Part shown: piece after piece, positions 45,533 to 54,945 of the stretch
How the letters are laid out: every line of letters begins with the position of its first letter
How positions within the stretch are numbered: position 1 is the stretch's first letter
From: Candidatus Eiseniibacteriota bacterium
GTDB taxonomy: Bacteria > Eisenbacteria > RBG-16-71-46
Reading direction: 5' to 3'
NCBI GenBank assembly: GCA_016215625.1
Contig: JACRIW010000016.1
Location: 6,025-70,024 of the forward strand
DNA: 64,000 bases
Made by a program: the position numbers and the translations under genes
Notes under the pieces: model-generated
The model's database searches: none
The model's input: the letters and a program-made list of their open reading frames with translations, nothing else
What the model was told of the DNA's origin: nothing

Positions 45533-45608
45533 CGGCGCTCCCCGGCGCAGCAACGCAGCGGGCCCGGTCGAGTGATCGACCGGGCCCGCGGTGCGTTCGG
45601 CGTTTGCG

Positions 45609-48600
45609 TCAGTTCGTGACGACCATCTTCCGGGTCTGCGTGAAGCCCGGCGTGGTCAGGCGGTAGAAGTACACGCCCGCCGCGACGCGCGTGCCCTGCG
45701 ACGTGCGGCCCGCCCACTCGAGCTGGTGCTGGCCGGCCGGCATCTCGCCGTCCTGCAGCGTCGCCACGTGACGGCCGCTCGCGTCGATCACCTGCACGTT
45801 CACGTGTCCGCGCTGCGCGAGCGAGAACCGGATGGACGTGCCCGTGCTGAACGGGTTCGGCGAGTTCTGGTGCATCGCGTTCGCGATCACGCCGAGCGGG
45901 GCGAGCCCCTTCTGCGGCGGGATGTTCGCGTTCGCGAGTCCACCGGTGACCGTGAGCGCGTAGCTCGCCGTGGCGCCGAGGTAGCCGTTCACCTTGACGT
46001 AGTAGCGGCCCGCGGTCGCCGAGTACGTGCCGACCTCGGGGTTCGCCGTCGAGTAACCCTGCGCCACCTGCGTGAGCGCCGAGTTGTAGAGGTACCAGTC
46101 GAGGTCGGCGGTGCCGGTGATCGCGAGCGACAGGTTGAGCGTGCCCGCGGTCGTGACGTCGAGGTAGTACCAGTCGTTGTCGGTGGACGAACCGACGGCG
46201 CCGCTCACGGCGCGGCCCGTGCCCACCGGGCCGTTGGCCGTCGTGGACGCGTCGTTCGGCTCGGTCTCGGCGGAGATGCCGGCGGGCAGCGAAGCCGGAA
46301 TCGTGACCGAGATGTCGTCGAACGCCATGCCGTCAGCGCCGCTGACCGGCTGGTTGTCGTACTGCTCGAAGCGGACGACGAACGTGCCGTTGAGCGCGAG
46401 CCCGGCGGTCGCCGCCAGCGCGTCCACGTCGAGCACGACGTTGCGCCAGGTGTTGTTCGAGAAGCTCGCGGGCGCGAGCGAGTACACCTTCGTGAACGTC
46501 GTGCCGCCGTTGTTCGAGAAGTAGATGCCGTCCTGCGTCTGGGTCTCGTCGCCGAAGTCCTTCCACCAGAACGACAGGTTCGCCTGCGTGACGCCCGACA
46601 GGTTCAGCTTCAGGTCCGCCGCGGCGACGCTGTAGTTGTTGGCCACGGAGCAGTCCATGACCATGTGGCGCGCGCCGGAGTGCGGCGTGTTCGTCGTGAG
46701 CAGCTGCACGCGGCCGCTCGCGGTCACGAACGTGCTCCAGTAGGCGTCGAGCACGCCGGAATCGAAGCTCGTGCTGTAGGGCAGCGACGCGTAGCCGGTC
46801 GAGAGCACGATCGAGAAGTTCGCGTTGCTCATGTCCGTCGCCGTGCCGCCCGAGACGCGTACGCGGCCCGTCGTGGTCGTGCCCGCGGGAACGGTCCACG
46901 CCTGCGTGCCGTCGTTGGGCGTGCCCGCGACGATCGAGGTCCACGTCGTGCCGCCGTCGGACGAGTAGTCGAGGTTCACCGTGGTGAACGAGCCGACGGA
47001 CGTCCACGTGATGTTCACGGACGAGCCCGCGACGAGCGACTCGCCGCCGTTCGGGTACGTGACCGTGACCTGGTCGGCGGGCGGAGCGGCGATCGTGAAG
47101 TTCGCGTTGCTCATGTCCGTCGCCGTGCCGCCCGAGACGCGCACGCGGCCCGTCGTCGTGGTCGCGGCCGGGACGGTCCACGCCTGCGTGCCGTCGTTCG
47201 GCGTGTTCGCCGCGATCGACGTCCACGTCGTGCCGCCGTCGGAGGAGTAGTCGAGGTTCACCGTGGTGAACGATCCGACCGACGTCCACGTGATGTTGAC
47301 CGTCGAGTTCGTGGTGAGCGACTCACCACCGTTCGGGTACGTGACCGTGACCTGATCGGTCGGCGGCACCGCGCCCGCGACTGCGGCGGCCGCGTCCACC
47401 ATGCCGTAGCCGGCGTAGCGGTCCCAGCCCGCGCCGGACTCGGCGTTCACGACGTCCTGCGCCGTGGACGTGAGGCGGGCGCGGATCTGCGCGTTCGTCC
47501 ACGTCGGATTGGCCGACTTGATCAGCGCGCACACGCCCGCCGCGTACGGCGTGGCGCACGACGTGCCGTTGAACCACTTCGAGTAGTCGCTCGCGTCGTA
47601 GCCGAGCGAGCCGAGACGGTCGGTCGTCGGCAGGATCGTCGGCGCGATCACGTCCACCGCGCCGCCGGCGTCCGCCGTGGCGACGCCGTAGTTCGAGCCC
47701 CACCAGCGCTCGCCGTCGCACGTGTAGCCGCGCGGGTCGGTGCTCACGCCGGGGTTCACTTCCGTGGACAGGCTGCTCGAGCGCTTGCGGTCGCCGCAGG
47801 GCGACGCGGCGCCGACGCCGATCACGTTCGGGTTGATGGCCGGGTAGCTGATCGTGCTCTTGTTCTCGTTGCCCGTCGCCGCGAGGATCACGCAGCCCGC
47901 GTTGTACGCGTAGGTGATCGCCGCGTCGGTGGCCGCGTCGCTCGCGATGGCGGCGCCGAGGCTCATGCTGATGATGTTCGCGCCGTGATCCGCCGCCCAG
48001 TAGAGCGCGTTCTGGATCGACGTGAAGCTCATCGTGCCGGCCGAGTTCGCGACCTTGAGCGGCATGATGCTGCAGTTGGGAGCCGCGCCCGCGCTGCCGA
48101 GCGAGTTCGCGTTCGCCGCCGCGACGCCCGCGCACGCGGTGCCGTGACCGGCCTGCGAGGAGTTGTCGTCGGGGTTGGCGTCGTTGTCACCGAAGTCGTA
48201 GCCCGCGACCTGCGTCAGGTCCGGGTGTCCGGTCTGCACGCCCGAGTCGATGATCGCGATGATCACGCTCGCCGATCCGTAGCCCTGGGCGGCGTCCCAC
48301 GCGGCCTGCGCGTTGGTGTCGAAGCCCACGGTGCCGACGGGAGAGCCCGTCTCGTGGTTGTTGTTCGTCCAGTTGTAGCTGAGCATCTGCGCCGTGTTGT
48401 TGTGTCCCCAGTGCATCGCGTGCAGCGGGTCCGCGGGCACGACGGCCGGGAACGCGATCCAGTCGAGCGACACCGCCTCGACGCCGTCGGCGGTCGAGAG
48501 CTGGTTCGCGATGTCCACCGCGTCCTGCGATTCGTCGAAGCTCACCGTGTACCAGCGCGCGACGCCGAGGCGCGCGGCCTCGACCGCGTTCGCGGGCTCG

Positions 48601-48926
48601 AGGTACGAGGGCGCGACCGCGGTCGCGCCGGCGTTGTCGAGCACGCCGTCGATGGCGTCGATGCCGAAGCGGGCGCCGGCGACGGCGCCGCCGAAGCGCG
48701 TCGCCTGGGCGCGGAACGAGGACGCGCGCGCCGCGCTCGTGAGCTTCACGAGCACGCGGCCGGGCACGTGCTCGGGCACGTCGGGGGCGTTCGGCTGGAA
48801 TCCGCCCTGCACCGGCGCGAACGGCCGGGCGGCGGCGGGAGCGACCGCGAGCGTGAGGGCGAACGCGAGTGCGGCGAGGGACGTGAGCACTGCCCGGACG
48901 ACGGCAGGCATGCGAAGACGGCGCAT
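45609..48926 (-). CDS. Subtilisin-like (S8) serine protease, multi-domain, with a C-terminal T9SS sorting domain
   Basis: A signal peptide is present. The S8 catalytic triad context is IAIIDSGV (Asp), ...HGTACAGVAAA (His) and ...GTSCATPYAAGV (Ser). There are repeated Ig-like modules (VTVTYPNGGESL...NITWTSVGSFTTVNLDYSSDGGTTWTSI, twice). The C-terminus GVYFYRLTTPGFTQTRKMVVTN is a T9SS CTD. Confidence 0.8.
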   Translation of the reverse strand: MRRLRMPAVVRAVLTSLAALAFALTLAVAPAAARPFAPVQGGFQPNAPDVPEHVPGRVLVKLTSAARASSFRAQATRFGGAVAGARFGIDAIDGVLDNAGATAVAPSYLEPANAVEAARLGVARWYTVSFDESQDAVDIANQLSTADGVEAVSLDWIAFPAVVPADPLHAMHWGHNNTAQMLSYNWTNNNHETGSPVGTVGFDTNAQAAWDAAQGYGSASVIIAIIDSGVQTGHPDLTQVAGYDFGDNDANPDDNSSQAGHGTACAGVAAANANSLGSAGAAPNCSIMPLKVANSAGTMSFTSIQNALYWAADHGANIISMSLGAAIASDAATDAAITYAYNAGCVILAATGNENKSTISYPAINPNVIGVGAASPCGDRKRSSSLSTEVNPGVSTDPRGYTCDGERWWGSNYGVATADAGGAVDVIAPTILPTTDRLGSLGYDASDYSKWFNGTSCATPYAAGVCALIKSANPTWTNAQIRARLTSTAQDVVNAESGAGWDRYAGYGMVDAAAAVAGAVPPTDQVTVTYPNGGESLTTNSTVNITWTSVGSFTTVNLDYSSDGGTTWTSIAANTPNDGTQAWTVPAATTTTGRVRVSGGTATDMSNANFTIAAPPADQVTVTYPNGGESLVAGSSVNITWTSVGSFTTVNLDYSSDGGTTWTSIVAGTPNDGTQAWTVPAGTTTTGRVRVSGGTATDMSNANFSIVLSTGYASLPYSTSFDSGVLDAYWSTFVTASGRVQLLTTNTPHSGARHMVMDCSVANNYSVAAADLKLNLSGVTQANLSFWWKDFGDETQTQDGIYFSNNGGTTFTKVYSLAPASFSNNTWRNVVLDVDALAATAGLALNGTFVVRFEQYDNQPVSGADGMAFDDISVTIPASLPAGISAETEPNDASTTANGPVGTGRAVSGAVGSSTDNDWYYLDVTTAGTLNLSLAITGTADLDWYLYNSALTQVAQGYSTANPEVGTYSATAGRYYVKVNGYLGATASYALTVTGGLANANIPPQKGLAPLGVIANAMHQNSPNPFSTGTSIRFSLAQRGHVNVQVIDASGRHVATLQDGEMPAGQHQLEWAGRTSQGTRVAAGVYFYRLTTPGFTQTRKMVVTN

Positions 48927-49227
48927 GACACCTCCAGTGGTAGGGGGCCTCGATCGCGGTGGCGCCGGGGACGGTTCTGTGCCCCGGGCACCGGCGAAAA
49001 AGTTCGGCCCCAGCCCTCGTCGTGACCGCGGAGCCGAGGGAGATCCGCGGCTGGGGGATACACGAGAACTGGGAGCCGACTCGCACCTTCGGGCCTCGGC
49101 CCGTGACGAGTCAATGACATTTCAGGAAACATTCTTTCCTGTTCGACCACAGGTTTCGCCTACCGAACCACTCCCGCGGCGGTGCTCGCTTTGCCGGGGC
49201 CGCCGGACCGACTACCTTCCCCCGCCC

Positions 49228-50829
49228 ATGACGACACCCGTGCCCGATCCGAAAATCGCCGAGTTCCGCCAGAAGCTGCTCGACGCCACCGAAGCCTTGG
49301 CCGCCGCCGTGGACGACCGCGGCCTGCTGATGGGCCTCTCCCAGCTCGAGCGCCGCCGGCTGATCCAGCTGGCCGGCCAGGTCTTCCATCCCGATCCGGC
49401 CGAGCGCCGCCGCATGGTGAAGACCAGCGCCCGGCTCCGCCGCGTCGCCAGCGCGCTGCGCGACGAGGAGAAGCTCGCCGACACGGGCATCCGCGAGCTG
49501 CGCCGCAAGCCCGTCTTCACGACCCCTTCGGCGTACGCGCCGCGCGAGTTCGCGCCCGTGGACGTCCCGCCGGGCTCGCCCGAGGAAGAGGCGCTGCTCG
49601 CCAGCGGCGCCGAACTGCCGCAGACCGAAGAAGTGCGCTGCTGCTACGTGTGCAAGCAGGAGTACACGGCGGTGCACCACTTCTACGACCGCATGTGTCC
49701 CGAGTGCGGCGAGTTCAACTTCTTCAAGCGCACGGAGCTCGCGGACCTCTCCGGGCGCGTCGCGCTGCTGACTGGCGGCCGCGTCAAGATCGGCTACCAG
49801 ACCGGGCTCAAGCTGCTGCGCTGCGGCGCGCACCTGATCGTGACCACGCGCTTCCCGCGCGACTCGGCCATGCGCTACGCGATGGAGCCCGACTTCGAGG
49901 AGTGGCGCGACCGGCTCGAGGTGTACGGCCTCGACCTGCGGCACACGCCGAGCGTCGAGCGCTTCTGCCATCACCTCATGACGACGCGCGACCGGCTCGA
50001 CTTCATCGTCAACAACGCCTGCCAGACCGTGCGGCGCCCGCCCGACTTCTACGCGCACATGATGGAGCTCGAGACGGCGTCGCTGCACGACATGCCCGAG
50101 CACGCACGCAAGCTGCTCGGCGCGTACGAGGGGCTGCGCGGCTATCACCTGCTGCCCGAGAACGACGCGAGCGCGGCGACGGGCACGGCGGTCGGCAAGC
50201 CGCTCACGCCGGAGCTCGCGGGCCTCGTGCACGCGGCCGAGCTGTCGCAGGTGCCGCTGCTGCCCGAGGAGATGAACGCGCAGAAGGACCTGTTCCCGAT
50301 CGGCAAGCTCGATCAGGACCTGCAGCAGGTGGACCTGCGCGGGCGCAACTCGTGGCGTCTGCTGCTCGCGGAAGTGAGCACGGTCGAGCTGCTCGAGGTG
50401 CAGCTCGTGAACGCGATCGCGCCCTACGTGCTCAACGCGCGGCTCAAGCCGCTCATGATGCGCACGGACAACCGCGACAAGCACATCGTCAACGTGTCGG
50501 CGGTCGAGGGCCAGTTCTACCGCAGCTTCAAGACGACGCGTCATCCGCACACGAACATGGCGAAGGCCGCGCTCAACATGATGACGCGCACGGCGGCGGC
50601 GGACTACTTCGGCGACGGCATCCACATGAACAGCGTGGACACCGGCTGGGTGACCGACGAGGACCCGTTCGAGATCGCGGCGCGCAAGACGGCCGACCAT
50701 CGCTTCCACCCGCCGCTCGACATCGTGGACGGCGCCGCGCGCATCGTGGATCCCATCATCGTGGGCATCAACACGGGTGAGCACGTGTGGGGCAAGTTCC
50801 TGAAGGACTACAAAGAGACGCCGTGGTAG
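49228..50829 (+). CDS. SDR-family oxidoreductase with a long N-terminal extension containing a zinc ribbon
   Basis: Zinc ribbon: CCYVCKQ...CPECGEF. The SDR core is ALLTGGRVKIGYQ...NNAC...YRSFKTTRHPHTNMAKAALN (YxxxK). The internal ATG MTTPVPDPK is chosen. Confidence 0.6.
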   Translation: MTTPVPDPKIAEFRQKLLDATEALAAAVDDRGLLMGLSQLERRRLIQLAGQVFHPDPAERRRMVKTSARLRRVASALRDEEKLADTGIRELRRKPVFTTPSAYAPREFAPVDVPPGSPEEEALLASGAELPQTEEVRCCYVCKQEYTAVHHFYDRMCPECGEFNFFKRTELADLSGRVALLTGGRVKIGYQTGLKLLRCGAHLIVTTRFPRDSAMRYAMEPDFEEWRDRLEVYGLDLRHTPSVERFCHHLMTTRDRLDFIVNNACQTVRRPPDFYAHMMELETASLHDMPEHARKLLGAYEGLRGYHLLPENDASAATGTAVGKPLTPELAGLVHAAELSQVPLLPEEMNAQKDLFPIGKLDQDLQQVDLRGRNSWRLLLAEVSTVELLEVQLVNAIAPYVLNARLKPLMMRTDNRDKHIVNVSAVEGQFYRSFKTTRHPHTNMAKAALNMMTRTAAADYFGDGIHMNSVDTGWVTDEDPFEIAARKTADHRFHPPLDIVDGAARIVDPIIVGINTGEHVWGKFLKDYKETPW

Positions 50830-50936
50830 AGGCGGGCGCCCCGGCCTCCGGCCGGGTGTGCTCGGCATGAACGAATGAGCCCGGCGCGATCGCTCGCGCC
50901 GGGCCCTTCGCGGTCACACGTCACCGCGCGGCCGCG

Positions 50937-52988
50937 TCAGCTCTTCGGCTTGTCGCCTTCCGACATGCCCCGGCGGATGTTGTCGCGCAACTCCGCGGCC
51001 TCCGCACTCCGCGCACCGGCCGCGGCGCCGACGAGGTCGTTGCCCATCTTCTCGCTCAGCAGCATGGTGAGCAGCGCCTCCATCACGTTGCCCGACGCTC
51101 CACCGCCCTCGGCGCCGCCGCCACCCACGACCACGCGGGGCACGACGTCCACCTTGGACACCTGGATCGCTTCGGCGAACCGGTTCATCACCTGCTGCGT
51201 GAGCTGGAAGCGCGGGCCGCCGTACGCGCGGACCTGCTCCTCGATCGCCATGGCCTGCGCCACGCCGACTCGCGCCGCACGCTCGGCGTCGGCGCCGGCG
51301 ATCGCCTTCACCTTCGCCGCTTCGCCTTCGCCCATGATGCGCACCTTCTCGGCCTCGGCCTGCGCCAGCGTCTGGATCTTCGTGGCTTCCTGCTGGGCAC
51401 GCGCGAGGTCGGCCTTACCCTGGTTCGACTGCACGACGATGGACAGCTCGGACTCGGTCATCGCGGCCTGCTGGCGCGCGCGCTGCTCGGCCTCGCGCAG
51501 CTCGCGCTCCTTGACCGCGGCGACTTCCTGCCGGTTGTACGTCTCGACCTGCTCGGTCGCGATCTGGCGCGAGCGCAGCTGCGTCAGGATCTGCTCGATC
51601 TGCCCGCCCGCCACGCCGCTCGTGGGCGTGCCGATGAGCACTTCCTGCAGCTCGAGGTTGTACTGCGCGAACTTCTCCTTCATCTGGTCGCCCGCGATCT
51701 GCTGGATCGCGCTGCGGTCCTGGATGAGCTGGATGAGCGTGCGCGTCTGACCGATGTTCTTGAAGTACGCGCTCACCATCGGGTCGAGCGTCTGCTCGAC
51801 GAGCCGCTTGATGTCGCCGAATCGCTGGATGACGAGCGGCGCCTTGCGGTAGTCGATGTGCACCACGACCGACAGCGGCAGCGACGGCTCGAACGCGTCC
51901 TTCGTGATCAGCGAGACTTCCGCGAGGTTCTCGTCGTACTTGTGCTCGCCCGACTCCGACTTGTTCCACTTCAGGATGAAGTTGGTCGTCGGGACCATGT
52001 TCACCTTGCCGGCATACGTGTTGAACGCGTATTTGCCCGGCATCAGGCCTTCGCTCCAGACGCCGCGCAGGCCCTTCTGCACCAGCTCGCCGTGCTTGTA
52101 CTGCTCGCCCGAGAGGTCCGTACCGACCGCGCCGGTGTAGGACACGACGACGCCGACGTTGCCCACGTCCACGATCGTCTTGGGCACCAGCTCGACCGTC
52201 GCGAACAGGCGGTTGATGTAGTACGTGCCTTCGACGAGCACCTGGTACTGGCGGCCGCGATTACCGCCGCCCGCGAGGAAGCGCTCGGGATCCTGGAAGC
52301 TGTTGTGGTACGTCGCGAGGTTCGCGGGGTCTTCGCCGACCGTGGGCGCGATGATCTGGCCCTGCGCGAGCGACGGGCCGTCGTGCACGGTCACGATGCC
52401 GAGCATGTCGTCGTGCCCCTTGATCACGACCGGGTTGAAGCCGTCACGCTCCTTGATGAGCGTGGCCATGCGGCGGAACAGCTCTTCCTCCGCCTTGTCG
52501 AGCGCGAGCGCGTACACGCGCTCTTCCGCGATGACGACGAACTGCGCGAGATGAATGGCGTACGAGCCTTCGCGCAGGATCTTGCGCTGCGGACCGCGCG
52601 AGCCGCCCGCCTTGAGGAACACGGCCGCGTCCTGGAAATCGTCGGCCTTGTCGTTCGCGGCGAGTGTCTGGGACGGCGGCAGCGGCTTGCCGTCGCGCGC
52701 GAACACGTAGCCGATCTTGCCCTGCGGAATGGTCACGATGGGCAGCACGTGCACGGCGTACTGGATGGGCATCAGGTAGTGCAGGCCGCCGCGCAGCATG
52801 TTCGGCTGGAAGCCGGCTTCGCCGTTCAGCGCGATGATGCCGCTCTTGATCGAGCCGCGGCCGGACATGCGCTTCTCGATGACGCCGATCTTGTTGTTGG
52901 GGATGTAGCGGATGCCGCTCAGCAGGAACAGGACGAGCACCAGCAGCAGGAAGCCGAGCACGGGAGTGAGCAGGAACAAGGCAGCCAT
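50937..52988 (-). CDS. SPFH/Band-7 flotillin-like membrane protein with a long coiled-coil
   Basis: An N-terminal TM segment LFLLTPVLGFLLLVLVLFLL is present. The SPFH core is followed by an extended EA-rich coiled-coil (AQAEAEKVRIMGEGEAAKVKAIAGADAERAARV...). Confidence 0.7.
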   Translation of the reverse strand: MAALFLLTPVLGFLLLVLVLFLLSGIRYIPNNKIGVIEKRMSGRGSIKSGIIALNGEAGFQPNMLRGGLHYLMPIQYAVHVLPIVTIPQGKIGYVFARDGKPLPPSQTLAANDKADDFQDAAVFLKAGGSRGPQRKILREGSYAIHLAQFVVIAEERVYALALDKAEEELFRRMATLIKERDGFNPVVIKGHDDMLGIVTVHDGPSLAQGQIIAPTVGEDPANLATYHNSFQDPERFLAGGGNRGRQYQVLVEGTYYINRLFATVELVPKTIVDVGNVGVVVSYTGAVGTDLSGEQYKHGELVQKGLRGVWSEGLMPGKYAFNTYAGKVNMVPTTNFILKWNKSESGEHKYDENLAEVSLITKDAFEPSLPLSVVVHIDYRKAPLVIQRFGDIKRLVEQTLDPMVSAYFKNIGQTRTLIQLIQDRSAIQQIAGDQMKEKFAQYNLELQEVLIGTPTSGVAGGQIEQILTQLRSRQIATEQVETYNRQEVAAVKERELREAEQRARQQAAMTESELSIVVQSNQGKADLARAQQEATKIQTLAQAEAEKVRIMGEGEAAKVKAIAGADAERAARVGVAQAMAIEEQVRAYGGPRFQLTQQVMNRFAEAIQVSKVDVVPRVVVGGGGAEGGGASGNVMEALLTMLLSEKMGNDLVGAAAGARSAEAAELRDNIRRGMSEGDKPKS

Positions 52989-53543
52989 GAGTCACCTCTC
53001 GGACGCGCGGGGCGTGCGCGCAGGGCGCGCGGGGAGCCGCGTGAGGAAAAGACGATGCGATGTGAGCGAGAGAGAGCTGCGGCGCGCGGGTGCGCGGTCA
53101 GGCTCGCACGAGTCGCTCGAAGAACAAAGCGCGACCCGGAGCCCGAAACGGAATTCTACGTCGGAGTGACGAAGCGGGGGCGGCGATCGGAGCGGGTGCT
53201 GCGCGCGGAACGTGCGGGGCGCGTGGGGAACGCGGCGGCGGGGCGCTTCTGCTGCGAGGGCATCGAGTGCGACCTCCGTGTGGCGGCCCGGTGGCGGGCG
53301 CGCCGGCGAGGCCGACTCCCCGAGGCGATCCTGCAGCCCGTGCGCGCGCGATCGAGAGGTGCGCGGCCGGGAATCTGTCGCTGGGGAGCGGACTCGGCCG
53401 TACTTACGGAGCCACGCGGGCGGCGGTTGCACGGGGCACGCGCCGGCCGCGGTGCGGCGGCGGCCGGAACGCGGCGCGGGCCGCCCACCCGGTGGTGGAC
53501 GGCCCGCGCAAGTGCTTCGGCCGCTTGGCTTGGGGCGAAGTAC

Positions 53544-54208
53544 CTAGTCGCCCGAACGCCACTTGAAGCCGACGCTCAGGAGGTACGTGCGGTTCTTGAT
53601 GCTCGGCGTCTCCTGCCCGATGAACTGGAGCGGGTCGGCGATGGACATGACGCTCTTCTCCACGCGAGCGTCGGCGAACCAGTGCGAGTCTTCGTCGTCG
53701 CCGAAGTCCACGTTCACGCCGAGCACGGACGTGAGGTCGATCGAGTCCATGGTCTCGGGGTTGGACTCTCCCGCATCCGGGCCACCCTCGATCGTCAGCC
53801 GCTCGGCGGTCTCGAAGTTGACCGCGGCGCCCGCCTGCAGCGCCGGGCGCAGGCCCGCGAGCTTCGGAAGTCCGGCGTGCAGCATCATGTTCAGCTGCCA
53901 GTAGTTCAGCGCGTAGGTCATGGACTCGGCGCCGATCGCCCGCGTGTTCTGGTCGTCCTTCCGCGTCAGGCCGCGCTGCGTGTAGTTCAGCTCCGCGAGC
54001 CCGCCGAACGTGTCGGTGACCAGGAAGCGCACGCCGAGACCGGCGTGCAGGCCGCGCCGGTCGCCGGGATCGCCGGTGACGTCGCCCGTGAGCGTCGAGC
54101 TCGTGAGCCCGCCGCGGAAGTACGAGTACAGGCCGGTCTGCGCGAAGGCGGGCGCGGCCGCGAGCAGGAGAAGCAGCGTGAGGGCGGTGGAGCAAAGCGT
54201 GCGCGACA
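53544..54208 (-). CDS. Outer-membrane beta-barrel protein (OmpA-like N-domain / porin family)
   Basis: MSRTLCSTALTLLLLLAAAPAFAQ is a signal peptide. Alternating amphipathic strands are present, and it ends in an aromatic residue region (YLLSVGFKWRSGD). GGAGG lies upstream. Confidence 0.55.
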
Positions 54209-54316
54209 TGGAAAGAGCGGCCTCCGATTCGGGGGATCGGGCGTGCTGCCGGAAAACGGCGGCGGTCACGCTACTCGTGACCGCCGTCACCGGCAACGTT
54301 GTCGGCCGCCCGGGGC

Positions 54317-54943
54317 TCAATCTTCGGTGCTGTAGATCTTGAACCTCCCCTTGCGCTCCACGACCGCCCGCAACCACTTCCATTCGTGCGTCACTCCCGT
54401 GTCGTCCTTCGCCACGATCGTCACGCTGGAGTGCAGCGTGAAGTTGCGATAGCGCGCGACCGAGTCGGCGCGCACGCTCACGAGCTGGTACCAGTGCCCG
54501 CCGAAGTCGCGGCGCGCGTGCGCGACGCCCGCGTGCAGGCGCGCGTACTGGATCTTCCACGCGTCGTCCCACTGCAGCCCGGTGGCCGGGCGGCTCTGCG
54601 GGAACTCGCGCCACAGGACGTCGCGGAACTCCTCGTCCGTGATGCAGAGCTTCTGCAGCGAGTCGCTCTGCGCGTGCTGCAGCCCCCAGCACACCGCGCG
54701 GCCGAGTTCGGTGAGCGACGCGGCCCCGCCGCGGAAGCGCTTCGAGACGAGCGGCGCGTTCGTGCGGCGGCCGAGCCGCACCGACGCCGATTCGGGGTCG
54801 GCGAGCGGAACGTAACCGGGCGAGTCCTTCACCGAGGGGCGACCGGCCGGCGCCGATGCGGCGGCGCGCGGCGGCGCCAACGCCACCGCGGATGCGAGCA
54901 CGGCGGCCAGCAGGCCGAGCCGGAGCACGTTCGTGCGAACCAT
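54317..54943 (-). CDS. Secreted hypothetical protein
   Basis: The M6 start gives MVRTNVLRLGLLAAVLASAVALA, a signal peptide. It lies immediately downstream of the TonB-dependent receptor. Confidence 0.45.
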   Translation of the reverse strand: MVRTNVLRLGLLAAVLASAVALAPPRAAASAPAGRPSVKDSPGYVPLADPESASVRLGRRTNAPLVSKRFRGGAASLTELGRAVCWGLQHAQSDSLQKLCITDEEFRDVLWREFPQSRPATGLQWDDAWKIQYARLHAGVAHARRDFGGHWYQLVSVRADSVARYRNFTLHSSVTIVAKDDTGVTHEWKWLRAVVERKGRFKIYSTED

Positions 54944-54945
54944 GC

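Noticed and set aside
45591-49025. 1144-aa + strand ORF
   Set aside because: It is antisense to the S8 protease gene and has an Arg/Val/Asp-rich shadow composition.
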